DNA from: a virus
Lineage: Duplodnaviria; Caudoviricetes
Virus record (IMG/VR): IMGVR_UViG_3300011952_000001
Span: 771 to 64,770 of that record
Strand: one strand, 5' to 3'
Length of the DNA: 64,000 bases
Within the stretch, counting starts at the first letter, position 1. Each line of letters begins with the position of its first letter. The notes beneath the pieces were generated by a model that had not been told where the DNA came from, did no database searches, and saw nothing but the letters and a program-made list of their open reading frames with translations. The position numbers and the translations under genes were made by a program. Below, one piece after another: positions 1 through 9,473 of the stretch.

Positions 1-1534
1 CATCGATGCGAGGACGATTTATTATATTTCGTCTATCAGTATTTCTCAGACGAATCGAATCCGGAAAACGAAGTCAATTTAATTCCGAAAGGACAACGGT
101 ATGAAGATGCTGCAGACTTTCACCGAGAACTTTGCGGATTACTTGACGATATCGCAAAAGGCAAATCATCCTCTAACGTAGCTTGGTCGGTAGGACGTCG
201 ACATGCGAAAACGGCGTACCTCTCAAACGCATTTTTATGTCACCAGGTTGTTTTCCGCAAGCAGCGATATATTATCGAAGTTTCCGAGACTACGGACGTA
301 GCAGCAGACTTTATAAAGTTTACTGCGCAAAATCTAAAGTTTAATGAGCGACTACGTGCGGATTTCGGCGAGCTTTTATTTCAGAAATCGCAAGCTAACG
401 AAGTTGATAACAAGCTCGAATTTATTACGACTAGCGGTACGAAGGTCGAAGCTAAGGGTATGGGTACGCAGATGCGTGGACTCCGCCACTTAAGCGACCG
501 TCCCAGGCCTATTTTTACTGGATGACCTTGAGAGTAACGCTAATACGAATACGCCCGAATTGCGGACAAAAAACCTTCATTGGTTCCGTTCCGAAATGAT
601 GGAGGCGTTAGGTTTCGGCGGTATCTGTATTTACATGGGAACGATATTAGGACCGGACTCCTTGCTTAATCATGTAATAACGCAACGTAAAGACTTTATC
701 TCACGTAAATTCCCTGCAATTCTCGGATGGTCAGAGCGTGAGGATTTGTGGGATAAGTGGCGTGAGATATATAACAGTGACGACGTTGAGGCAGTAAATA
801 AAGCGAACGCATTTTATGAAACTAATGAAAAAGACATGTTGCGAGGCACTAAAACATTGTGGCCACAGATGTACTCGTATAAATACTTTATGGAAAAACG
901 AGAGTCTATGGGAGGTAGAGCGTTTAACCAGGAATACCTCGGAAATCCAACCGATCCCGATTCGCAGATTTTCAAACCAGAAGAATTTACGTACTTCTAC
1001 GAATCTGAATTAGATGGTATTCAAGTCGACTATTATGCAGCAGTCGATTTTGCAATGGGGAAAGAAAAGGGAGACTATTCAGCTATTGTGACGCTCGCTA
1101 GAAACCGCGAAACTGGCATTTGTTATGTAGTCGATACGTATATTGAACGCGTGCATCCAGACATACTGCTTGACAAGGTAGTTGAAAAGGCGCTACATTA
1201 CCAATATACTGGAATTGCTGTTGAGGCGCAAATGGCTCAAGAGTGGTTCGCACATAAAGTAAAAGATGCGTTACAAGCACATGGGTATCCTGGAAGTACC
1301 CGCGTTAAAGAAATAAAGCAACGTATGCGCAAATCCTTAAGAATTGAAGCGCTTCTACCAGATATACAAAACGGAAAAATCCGATTTAATAAAGGGCATC
1401 GGTTACTTATTGAACAACTCGAATTATACCCAAACGCTCGTCACGATGATGGTCCTGACGCACTTGCAATGGCGTTTAGTGTAGCACACAGTGTTCGCAA
1501 AATAGAGCTAATGCAGAAGCCAGCGTGGTTATAA
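1..1534 (+). CDS. terL: Terminase large subunit, 5'-truncated by the window edge and split by a +1 frameshift at ~502-506
   Basis: Frame 1 from base 1 reads ...AWSVGRRHAKTAYLS (Walker A-like)...GTQMRGLRHLSDRP and stops at TGA 523-525. Frame 2 from 506 continues GLFLLDDLES (Walker B) into ORF 560..1534, which has RuvC-like nuclease motifs AVDFAMG and HDDGPDALA. Confidence 0.93.
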
Positions 1535-1579
1535 AATAATTTAATTTTAACGCTAAACTAACGCGAACCTCAGTCGATA

Positions 1580-1687
1580 TATAATATAGGCGGATAGAGG
1601 AAGGGTAGCTCCCAAAATTGACAAGCGCATATCTCGGTGCGTTTCCGCCTTATTTAATGCCGAGAAATCACAACGAGGAGTGATTAA
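1580..1687 (+). promoter_or_regulatory. Promoter (-10 TATAAT) and structured 5' leader of the inserted nuclease gene
   Basis: TATAAT 1580-1585; AGGCGGA 1588-1594 pairs with TCCGCCT 1644-1650; hairpin 1623-1644 whose loop can pair with 1659-1665; hairpin 1666-1685 encloses the RBS. Confidence 0.6.
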
Positions 1688-3091
1688 ATGAAGACTAGAG
1701 TAAAAAGGACGGAAGATAGCGCGATACAGGAATTATTAGCGCACTATGAGAAGTATGGTAGGTTTAATACTACGACTCTAATGGCGAAAAATAGTGGATT
1801 AGAACGTTATCTACGAGTTCATTTCGAGGGATTACGTGGATTCTGCGAACGACACAACATTTCACACGTATTATTAGACGCAAAAGTGACGCAATGGGAT
1901 GATAAAAAGGCAGTTGAGACGATTAAAGAGCTGTACACTAAACATAATCAACCCGTAACATATGCGTTTTTACGTAAGCACAACTACGGAAAGCTTTACC
2001 AATGGATAGTGAAAAGCGGAACAAGCTATCAAGAGTTTTGTGAAAGGTATGAGTTAACCGATATGACTAATTCATACACGCAATGGTCAGATGGTAAAGT
2101 GTACCGCTTAATAAAAGAGCTGTTTATAAAAAACTGCGGGATGATATATCCTGAGATGATAAAAAAAGAAGAAAAGGGTGCGTATAATTACGTTTTTGAA
2201 GTTCATCAAGGGTTTGATACTTTCATAGACTTATTTGATCTACAGGAATTTATAGGGGTATCTATACATCAACTAGTACCTAACTATAACGACGAAAACG
2301 TAGCGAGATTAGTAAAAGAGGCGTACACATTGCGAGGCGAAAAGGTAAACTCAGCATGGCTCAACGCTAATGGATATGGCGGAATCGCATCATATCTAGC
2401 GAACAAAGGTAATGGATCATTCAAAGAAGGAGCAGAATTATTAGGAGTTGCCGAATATATCAACGTACTCCACAATAAATGGACGATAGATGAAGTACTA
2501 GACATAGTGAACACATTATACGACAAGAAACAAGCTCCTATTATGCATAAAGATTTTGCAGAGAATGGTATAATCGGTGTTAGGAGTTGGATCGAGTCTC
2601 GATATGGTAACTTAAAAACATTCTTTGACGAAAATGGAATCTCAGAAAAATACATTAACATGATCGACATTGGAAAAGACTTATGGGCACACGGTATGCG
2701 ATTCGAAAAGTTAGTTAAAGAGATTTTAGATGAATTACGTGACGATGTAATATACGATAAGTGGTTCGAACACTTACACGCAAGACCTGATTTTATCTTC
2801 GGAGACACTGGTGTCTGGGCAGACGCTAAACTTTCTTCACACGCTTATTTTACAAGTGATACAGTACCCAAATATACTGCATTCGAAGATTGTAAAGAAC
2901 TACAGCTAATTTACCTTCGAGGACATGAGTTCAAAGTAGAAAACCCTAAAGTGCGGCTAGTTTCAGTAGATGCATTTATCCCTAAATTAAAATTAATCGG
3001 GCGCACTGACTTAGTGGAGAGAATTTCAGAAATGCGAGAAGAAGTAGATAAACAGGAACAAGAAACATTGTTGAGAGCATCGTCTAATTGA
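1688..3091 (+). CDS. Free-standing homing-endonuclease-like protein: N-terminal ~55-aa helical repeats plus C-terminal PD-(D/E)XK nuclease
   Basis: Four to five repeats starting W/Y-x-D/I-E/D-x-V (WDDKKAV, WSDGKVY, YNDENVA, WTIDEVL); C-terminal GMRFEK...RPDF...WADAK; AT-rich composition unlike neighbours. Confidence 0.72.
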   Translation: MKTRVKRTEDSAIQELLAHYEKYGRFNTTTLMAKNSGLERYLRVHFEGLRGFCERHNISHVLLDAKVTQWDDKKAVETIKELYTKHNQPVTYAFLRKHNYGKLYQWIVKSGTSYQEFCERYELTDMTNSYTQWSDGKVYRLIKELFIKNCGMIYPEMIKKEEKGAYNYVFEVHQGFDTFIDLFDLQEFIGVSIHQLVPNYNDENVARLVKEAYTLRGEKVNSAWLNANGYGGIASYLANKGNGSFKEGAELLGVAEYINVLHNKWTIDEVLDIVNTLYDKKQAPIMHKDFAENGIIGVRSWIESRYGNLKTFFDENGISEKYINMIDIGKDLWAHGMRFEKLVKEILDELRDDVIYDKWFEHLHARPDFIFGDTGVWADAKLSSHAYFTSDTVPKYTAFEDCKELQLIYLRGHEFKVENPKVRLVSVDAFIPKLKLIGRTDLVERISEMREEVDKQEQETLLRASSN

Positions 3092-3141
3092 CGGTGCTTT
3101 TTATATTGAACGCTAATTTAACGCAAAGGAGGGCGATTACA

Positions 3142-4728
3142 ATCGGATTATTTAGAAAAAAAGATGCAGACATGCTCGAAACAGGAACAGTCACATATAC
3201 GTATGACGCATTTAAGCCAGGCGAGCAATTTCCGCCAGCAAACGCAATTGAACGAATTTCAAAATACCGTCGTCTGAAAAAGTTATATGACGGTAAACAA
3301 GCTGAACTGTATGAAAGGGCAACCGCGCTTTTAAAAGATACTCCTCACGCTAAACAGTTACAGACGTTATATATTGCGGCCAATATTGCAGACATAATTG
3401 TAACAAAGCCGTCAGATTTACTCGTTGGTGAACCGCCAATCTTCGATAGCGGATTAGCAGATGACACTCCGCAACAAGAAGCAATTAACTCTTACGTTGA
3501 GGAGAACGATTTATCACAACTAATTCACGAGTCAGCACTTGCTAACGGTTATCGCGGAGATTCTTGGATTAAAGTCCGATATGATTATCGCCAAGACTAC
3601 AGCGCATTGACTTTGAGAGGGTTGCCAATTCCAGATGACGCCGAGATGGAGCCTATTATCGAGCATGTCGCAGCAGATTGTGTATTCCCAATCACGAGTG
3701 ACGGTAACGTTAAGAAGTTTAAGTCAGTTGTTATCGCAAGTGTCGAGTGGGTAGTTTCGCAGAAAGAGGAAACTCCGTACCTAAACGTTGAGCACCACCT
3801 ACCAGGATATATCATTAATGAGCGATATAAACTTACGACCTACGAAGGCGGAGTCGACAACACGTACGGCTATCCAGTACAACTTTTCTTAATCGATAAA
3901 AAGGTAAGCGATAGCGAAATTGTTTCAACTGGCGTTCCGCATTTACTCGTACATCACATTCCGTACAAATCAACGGACGATCAGTGGGAAGGTAAAGGAA
4001 CGTTAGAAGCGCTTGAAACGATTTTAATTGCGATAAATGACCGATTAGCACAGCTCGACTACGTCCTCTGGAAGCACAGTGATCCTACAGCGTATGGTCC
4101 AGAACTAGGTACGGGCAACAATGCACGATTAACCGGCGCTTATATTCCGGTTACTAACGAAGATAAAACGCCAGGCTATATGACTTGGGATGGACAATTA
4201 AACAGCGCCTTTAAGGAGCTGGAAACCTTAATCGGAATGGCGTTCCAAATTGCAGAGACTCCGCAATGGTTATTCGGAACTGTACTCGGCGACCAAAACG
4301 CAGGCGGAACCGGCACGTCACACACGGACGGAGCAGCGATTAAAGCACGCTTTATGCCAATCCTAACGAAAGTTGCACGTATTCGAACGCACTACGACCG
4401 CGCTTTACGAGATGCGCTATATAACTGCCAATTACTCGATATTGCGCATGGTGACGCTAATTTCACGCCAGTATATCCGGTGATTCATTGGCAAGACGGA
4501 CTGCCACATAGCGAGAAAGAACAGGCCGAAATCATGGCGATTCGTACTGGCAACAGACCGACGATTGACCAGGCGACGGCGATTAAGCGTATGGACGGAG
4601 TAGATGATATTCAAGCCGCAGAAATCATGGCTAGAATCGAAGGAGATATGGAGCGAGAGGTTGGCACCGTAACATCATCGATATTTAACGAAGAAGTAGA
4701 GGAAACAATGGAGGAGGCTGACAGTTAA
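3142..4728 (+). CDS. Portal protein (SPP1 gp6-like); start uncertain
   Basis: ORF 3088..4728, position after terL, size ~530 aa. The strong RBS AAAGGAGG (3125-3132) is 9 nt before an in-frame ATC at 3142; next ATG is at 3172. Confidence 0.88.
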   Translation: MGLFRKKDADMLETGTVTYTYDAFKPGEQFPPANAIERISKYRRLKKLYDGKQAELYERATALLKDTPHAKQLQTLYIAANIADIIVTKPSDLLVGEPPIFDSGLADDTPQQEAINSYVEENDLSQLIHESALANGYRGDSWIKVRYDYRQDYSALTLRGLPIPDDAEMEPIIEHVAADCVFPITSDGNVKKFKSVVIASVEWVVSQKEETPYLNVEHHLPGYIINERYKLTTYEGGVDNTYGYPVQLFLIDKKVSDSEIVSTGVPHLLVHHIPYKSTDDQWEGKGTLEALETILIAINDRLAQLDYVLWKHSDPTAYGPELGTGNNARLTGAYIPVTNEDKTPGYMTWDGQLNSAFKELETLIGMAFQIAETPQWLFGTVLGDQNAGGTGTSHTDGAAIKARFMPILTKVARIRTHYDRALRDALYNCQLLDIAHGDANFTPVYPVIHWQDGLPHSEKEQAEIMAIRTGNRPTIDQATAIKRMDGVDDIQAAEIMARIEGDMEREVGTVTSSIFNEEVEETMEEADS

Positions 4729-5552
4729 TGCCCGAAGTACCTCAACCGAACTATGATTATGATGTAAAACGCCTAGTTAAAGCGTTTGAGCAAGCGTTAA
4801 AAGACGTACAGCGAGAACTTGATACGCTATTCCTTACGGATTTCGAACGTGCTCAAATCATCGCTGTAGAAAAGTCTATACGTAACATATTATCCGACAT
4901 GACAAAATATGGAGATGAATGGGCTACCGTCGCGATGACTGCTGCAGCAACCGAAGGTATTGCATCGACCGTATATGCGCTAGGTTTGGTAAGTACGTAT
5001 GAAAATGCACTCAAAGTCGTTAAATTCAATACGGCCAACAAACGCTTAGTCGACGCAGCAATTGCTGATACACAAGCCGACTTGCTCGCAGTAACGCAGA
5101 ACATCGAACGCCAAGCGAAACTAGCAATTCGTAAGGCTACTGCAGAGGCTATGCGTTATAAACTCACACGAGGAATTAACGCAACACAAGATATATCGAA
5201 GGAAATACGCCAGCGAATCGTTAAAGCGACAGACGTTGCGATAATTGATGCGCGAGGCAATCGATGGAAAGTCGGTACTTATGCCGATATGCTCGCACGA
5301 ACCAAAATGATGAACGCTCATCGAGAGGCGTCAATTAACGAGGCACTTTCGGAAGGTTCGCTGTACGGACGTATTAGTCGTCATGGAGCCAAAGACGCCT
5401 GCAGTAAATACGAAGGTAAAATCGTTAAGTTAGTCGCTGATGCGCCGGGAGATTATCCGTATATTGGCGATTTGCCACGAAATGAAATCTTCCATCCAAA
5501 TTGCCGGCATTTGTGCAGCCCTTTACGTGATCCAAGTAAATATAATGAGTAA
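4728..5552 (+). CDS. Minor capsid / head morphogenesis protein
   Basis: Follows portal; C-terminal C...IFHPNCRH motif typical of SPP1 gp7/minor-capsid-type proteins. Confidence 0.82.
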   Translation: MPEVPQPNYDYDVKRLVKAFEQALKDVQRELDTLFLTDFERAQIIAVEKSIRNILSDMTKYGDEWATVAMTAAATEGIASTVYALGLVSTYENALKVVKFNTANKRLVDAAIADTQADLLAVTQNIERQAKLAIRKATAEAMRYKLTRGINATQDISKEIRQRIVKATDVAIIDARGNRWKVGTYADMLARTKMMNAHREASINEALSEGSLYGRISRHGAKDACSKYEGKIVKLVADAPGDYPYIGDLPRNEIFHPNCRHLCSPLRDPSKYNE

Positions 5553-5624
5553 AACACGCCTTACGAAATGGCATTAAACTTTCGGAATAGTCGACGAGGA
5601 CTTAAAACACGGAGGTAATACGAT

Positions 5625-6344
5625 ATGATTAACGATTTCAACGCATTATTAACGCTTAATCTTCAATATTTCGCAGAAGGCGGTGAGCAGGAAGCGCCTG
5701 AGACGAATCCAGACAGACCACCCGCCGAAACGCAAGTCGAATCGCCTGAGAGCGCAGAAAAGACTTTCACGCAAGCAGAATTAGACGATATTATCGCTAA
5801 ACGTATTGAACGTGAGCGTAAGAAGTTCGCTGATTACGATGAAATCAAAGCGAAGGCGTCCGAGTATGAAGCGCAATTACAAGCGCAGCGTGAAGCTGAA
5901 ATGTCCGAAGTAGAAAAGGCACAAGAGCAAGCGAAGCAATTTGAGACGCAGATGCAGGAATTAACGGCACAACTCGAAGCCGAACGCAATAATGCGCGCC
6001 AACAAGCGATTAAGAACGAATTTATTAAGGTAGCATCAAGCGCAAACATTATCGACGTTGACGCAGCTATGGCATTGTCTGATCTATCCGTGGTAGAAAT
6101 CGGCGAAGATGGCAAAGTAAACGGAGTCGATGACGTTATTAAGACGCTTGTTGAAAATAAACCGTACCTGGTAGCGAAGAAGCAGACGCAACCTATCGGT
6201 ACAGCTACAAACGGCGGTGGACAACAGTATCACGATAAGCCTGCCGAACAAATCTTAGAAGAACTCCGAAATAAGGCTCGTAAGAGTGGACGCATTGAGG
6301 ACCGCGTAGCTTACGATAAAGCACGCAAACAATACGGTAAGTAG
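5625..6344 (+). CDS. Capsid scaffolding protein
   Basis: N-terminal LNLQYFAEGG, KTFTQAELDDIIAKRIERER motif, long coiled coil, directly upstream of the capsid gene. Confidence 0.88.
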   Translation: MINDFNALLTLNLQYFAEGGEQEAPETNPDRPPAETQVESPESAEKTFTQAELDDIIAKRIERERKKFADYDEIKAKASEYEAQLQAQREAEMSEVEKAQEQAKQFETQMQELTAQLEAERNNARQQAIKNEFIKVASSANIIDVDAAMALSDLSVVEIGEDGKVNGVDDVIKTLVENKPYLVAKKQTQPIGTATNGGGQQYHDKPAEQILEELRNKARKSGRIEDRVAYDKARKQYGK

Positions 6345-6422
6345 TCGTTGACGTAAAGTTGACGGCTTTTTATATTGCGGAAATTCCGCACAACAATACA
6401 AATATACGGAGGTTTTACCTTT

Positions 6423-7565
6423 ATGAAAACAAACGAATTTAAAGCATTTTTACCATTAGACATTCAATTTTTCGCCGGCATCGATTCTACGTTAATTGTA
6501 GGTAAGCGCGAGGACGTAACGGAAAACTTATTACTTTTATCACCACAAGAAGCTCCAATGCTTGATCTTGTAGGTTTCGGCGAGTCGACTACACAAGATG
6601 AAATCGTATGGTTCGAAGATGAAACTTACGCGACTAAAACGACTGCATCGGCCGAAGCATTAGCGGGCGCAACTACATTATCGGTAGCAGATGGCTCAAT
6701 TTTCGAAGCTAATACCGTAATCAAAGCAGGCGAAGAACTGTTAAAAGTCACAGCGGTATCGGGTAACGACTTAACAGTAGAGCGTGGTTATGCCGATACA
6801 TCTGCAGCAACTATTGCCTTGGGAGATAAAGTCGAATTCCAATTCGTAGAAGGCGTAGAGGGCGCTGACGCTCGTAAAGCGCGATTCAAAAAACGTACGC
6901 GCCACACAAACGTAACGCAAATCTTCGATGGTACTATCACGATTACAGGAACAGCAGCAGCGGTATCACAGCACGGTATCGACGACTTATATGCTTATGA
7001 GAAAGCGAAGAAAGAAAAAGAGTTAGCGCTTCAATTAGAAAAAGCAGTAATTAACGGTGTTCGATATACGTCACCAAACGGCTTAGTACGTCAAATGGGT
7101 GGTATTCGACAGTTCATTAAGACGAACGTACTAAACGGCGCAAGCGTAGCAGTAAATACGGAAATCTTAAACGACGCATTCCAAGCAATCGCGGAAGCTA
7201 CGGGGCAAAACGTGGGCGCTGGATACAAAATCATCGTATCTCCAAAACAAAAACGCGCTATCTCTCGTATGGACGCTGACAAAATTAACTTAACACGCCA
7301 AGATAACGGACGCGGTCAAGTAGTTGATTACTTCGTAGGCGACTTCGGTGAGTCTGAAATCGTAGTTAACCCAAACTTAGAGGCTGACGAAATCTTTATC
7401 GTAGACATCGATCGTATTAAAATCCGCCCATTACAAACTCGCCAATTCGGCCATGAGTATCTAGGAAAAGTCGGAGATTCGTTCACAGGTTCTATCGTAG
7501 GAGAATACACGTTAGAATTCCACGAAGAAAAAGCACACGCTCGTATCAAAGGTCTTAAAAAGTAA
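6423..7565 (+). CDS. Major capsid protein with an inserted beta-rich domain
   Basis: ATG 6423 with GGAGG RBS; N-terminal LDIQFFAG; HK97-like features (N.TQIF, GGI..FI); ~65-aa insert TTASAEALAG...GDKVEF. Confidence 0.88.
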   Translation: MKTNEFKAFLPLDIQFFAGIDSTLIVGKREDVTENLLLLSPQEAPMLDLVGFGESTTQDEIVWFEDETYATKTTASAEALAGATTLSVADGSIFEANTVIKAGEELLKVTAVSGNDLTVERGYADTSAATIALGDKVEFQFVEGVEGADARKARFKKRTRHTNVTQIFDGTITITGTAAAVSQHGIDDLYAYEKAKKEKELALQLEKAVINGVRYTSPNGLVRQMGGIRQFIKTNVLNGASVAVNTEILNDAFQAIAEATGQNVGAGYKIIVSPKQKRAISRMDADKINLTRQDNGRGQVVDYFVGDFGESEIVVNPNLEADEIFIVDIDRIKIRPLQTRQFGHEYLGKVGDSFTGSIVGEYTLEFHEEKAHARIKGLKK

Positions 7566-7643
7566 TTAGCGTAAATGGGGTGGTTTTATCCGCCTCTTAA
7601 CGCTATACTAACGGACTTATAACGAAAGGAGCGCAAATAAATA

Positions 7644-7868
7644 ATGGCGAAATTTACATCGAAATATCCGTCGTACGGCTTTTACGCTAACGGCGAATTA
7701 AAGCGATTCAGTAACGGCATTTACGTTACAGACGATAAAGATGAAATTGTTACCCTATCCGGATTACGAGACGTTGAAATCGTCGTAGATGAACCGAAAG
7801 AAACGAAACAATCGGAGGCAAAGCCCGCAGCTAAGGCGCCAGCTAAACGTACAGCCTCCACTAAATAA
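7644..7868 (+). CDS. Small head-associated protein
   Basis: RBS AAAGGAG; between capsid and neck genes; low-complexity A/K/P tail. Confidence 0.6.
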   Translation: MAKFTSKYPSYGFYANGELKRFSNGIYVTDDKDEIVTLSGLRDVEIVVDEPKETKQSEAKPAAKAPAKRTASTK

Positions 7869-7884
7869 AATGGAGGTGTGACGT

Positions 7885-8271
7885 ATGGATTGGAATTTAG
7901 TCGAAGTTACCGACTATGTTACGTATCATGCGGTTGATAACGAGGACTTTTTAGCGTCCGATGATACGCAGAAGATACGGTTTTTAAATGTTGGCGAGCG
8001 TACCTTACGACGAGCATTTAAAGGCTACGCTATTCCAAACGAAGCGTGCTATTTGTTTGCCTGCGTACTTAACGCTAACTTTAACGATACGACCGTAATG
8101 GCACAGCGAGGCATTGCCGGATTCAGTATCGACGGCATTTCGTTCACCTTCAAGGATTGGGCGAAAAAAGAGCTAGACGACTTAATTACGGATGACATTC
8201 GCGATCTTATTGAAGAAGCTAATCCGGATATCGACAGCAATAATGGCCGCGTAAAGTGGGTGACGCTCTAA
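7885..8271 (+). CDS. Head-tail adaptor (putative)
   Basis: Gene order and size; C-terminal GIAGFSIDGISFTF typical of gp15/gp6-like adaptors. Confidence 0.65.
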   Translation: MDWNLVEVTDYVTYHAVDNEDFLASDDTQKIRFLNVGERTLRRAFKGYAIPNEACYLFACVLNANFNDTTVMAQRGIAGFSIDGISFTFKDWAKKELDDLITDDIRDLIEEANPDIDSNNGRVKWVTL

Positions 8272-8594
8272 TGGCGATTGTACCACTAAAACAAAAGGCG
8301 TTCGTGCGTAAATACATCGCAGACAATAACGATGGATGGGCGACTGATGATTACGCAGAGCCAGTTGAATATGCGGTCAGAGCTACGGAACGCTTCCAAG
8401 TCGTCACGAATCAATTAGGCGAAGAAGTAACAGCGTCAGTTAAGCTGTTGTTCGATAAGATGCCGGATATTAACTACAACGACATTGTTTCGTACACAAA
8501 CGAGCTTGGCGCCACTATTGAGCGCGAGCCAATATCGATTAAACCTACGCGGATGATTAACGGTAAACCAACGTTGACATCCGTTTTCTTGTGA
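8271..8594 (+). CDS. Head closure protein (putative)
   Basis: ATG overlaps previous stop (TAATG); gene order and size. Confidence 0.6.
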   Translation: MAIVPLKQKAFVRKYIADNNDGWATDDYAEPVEYAVRATERFQVVTNQLGEEVTASVKLLFDKMPDINYNDIVSYTNELGATIEREPISIKPTRMINGKPTLTSVFL

Positions 8595-8603
8595 GGTGAC
8601 GAA

Positions 8604-9005
8604 ATGGCGGAGTTTTATTTCGAAGCTAGCGGATTAGGGCAAACAACAGCACGTACAGTCGAAGCTACAGCACGCGGTATGCTGAACGGACTCACAGACG
8701 TTAAGAACGATTGGAAAGCCGAATCGGTCGATATTGCGCCGATTGATACGAGTAATTTACGACAGCAAATAGCTGCAGAAGTGTTTACGGAAGGTAATGA
8801 CAAAGGCGTTGAAATCAGCGCTAATGCTACACGCGGTGAAAGGCGATTTAACTACGCTTACTATATTCACGAAGAAGATGCGGGCGGCGCGAACGTTAAT
8901 GGTGAAAAGAAATTCCTCGACAAGCCAGCGCAACAAAACCAGGAAAAATGGGCGGATTGGATCGAGAGGGAAATCGAATCAGAGCTTAGAAGGGCGGGAT
9001 GGTAG
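8604..9005 (+). CDS. Neck protein, HK97 gp10-like
   Basis: APIDTSNLRQ...NYAYYIHE...KKFLDKP motifs. Confidence 0.78.
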   Translation: MAEFYFEASGLGQTTARTVEATARGMLNGLTDVKNDWKAESVDIAPIDTSNLRQQIAAEVFTEGNDKGVEISANATRGERRFNYAYYIHEEDAGGANVNGEKKFLDKPAQQNQEKWADWIEREIESELRRAGW

Positions 9006-9008
9006 TCT

Positions 9009-9470
9009 ATGGCGGACATAATCAAAGAAATCGATACGATAGGTGATTTACTGGCGACTGTAGGCGTTACTCGCTTTTATAAGCAGGACCTGCCGTTAAA
9101 GTACGTTGCTAATACAATTGGCATCCGATGGCAAGGCGATAGTGACGATGATTTCACGCAAGCAGCATACGAAATCAACCGTATTTACCAAGTTATCTAC
9201 TTCGGAAGTAACGAGGTTGATTGTATAAATAAAGCGAAAATGATCCGTTCGAAATTGAGCGATTATTTATCGAAGAAAGTTAAATTACGAGGCTCTGACG
9301 ACTTTATGACGTTGGAGTCTTTTAATATGTCGGCACCGTTCAAAACGGACACAGATGGCGTTTATGCTGTTATTGGTGTGCTTAACGCATCATTGCTCGA
9401 AGCATATACGAAACCGACATACACGAAAATGAACGAAGTTATCACTACGATAATTGAAGGAGGAAATTAG
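9009..9470 (+). CDS. Tail terminator / completion protein (putative)
   Basis: Between gp10-like gene and sheath; 153 aa. Confidence 0.6.
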   Translation: MADIIKEIDTIGDLLATVGVTRFYKQDLPLKYVANTIGIRWQGDSDDDFTQAAYEINRIYQVIYFGSNEVDCINKAKMIRSKLSDYLSKKVKLRGSDDFMTLESFNMSAPFKTDTDGVYAVIGVLNASLLEAYTKPTYTKMNEVITTIIEGGN

Positions 9471-9473
9471 ACT

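Noticed and set aside
1535-3141. Group I intron containing the nuclease between terL and portal
   Set aside because: terL ends with its own stop, portal has its own RBS, and I saw no intron core elements.
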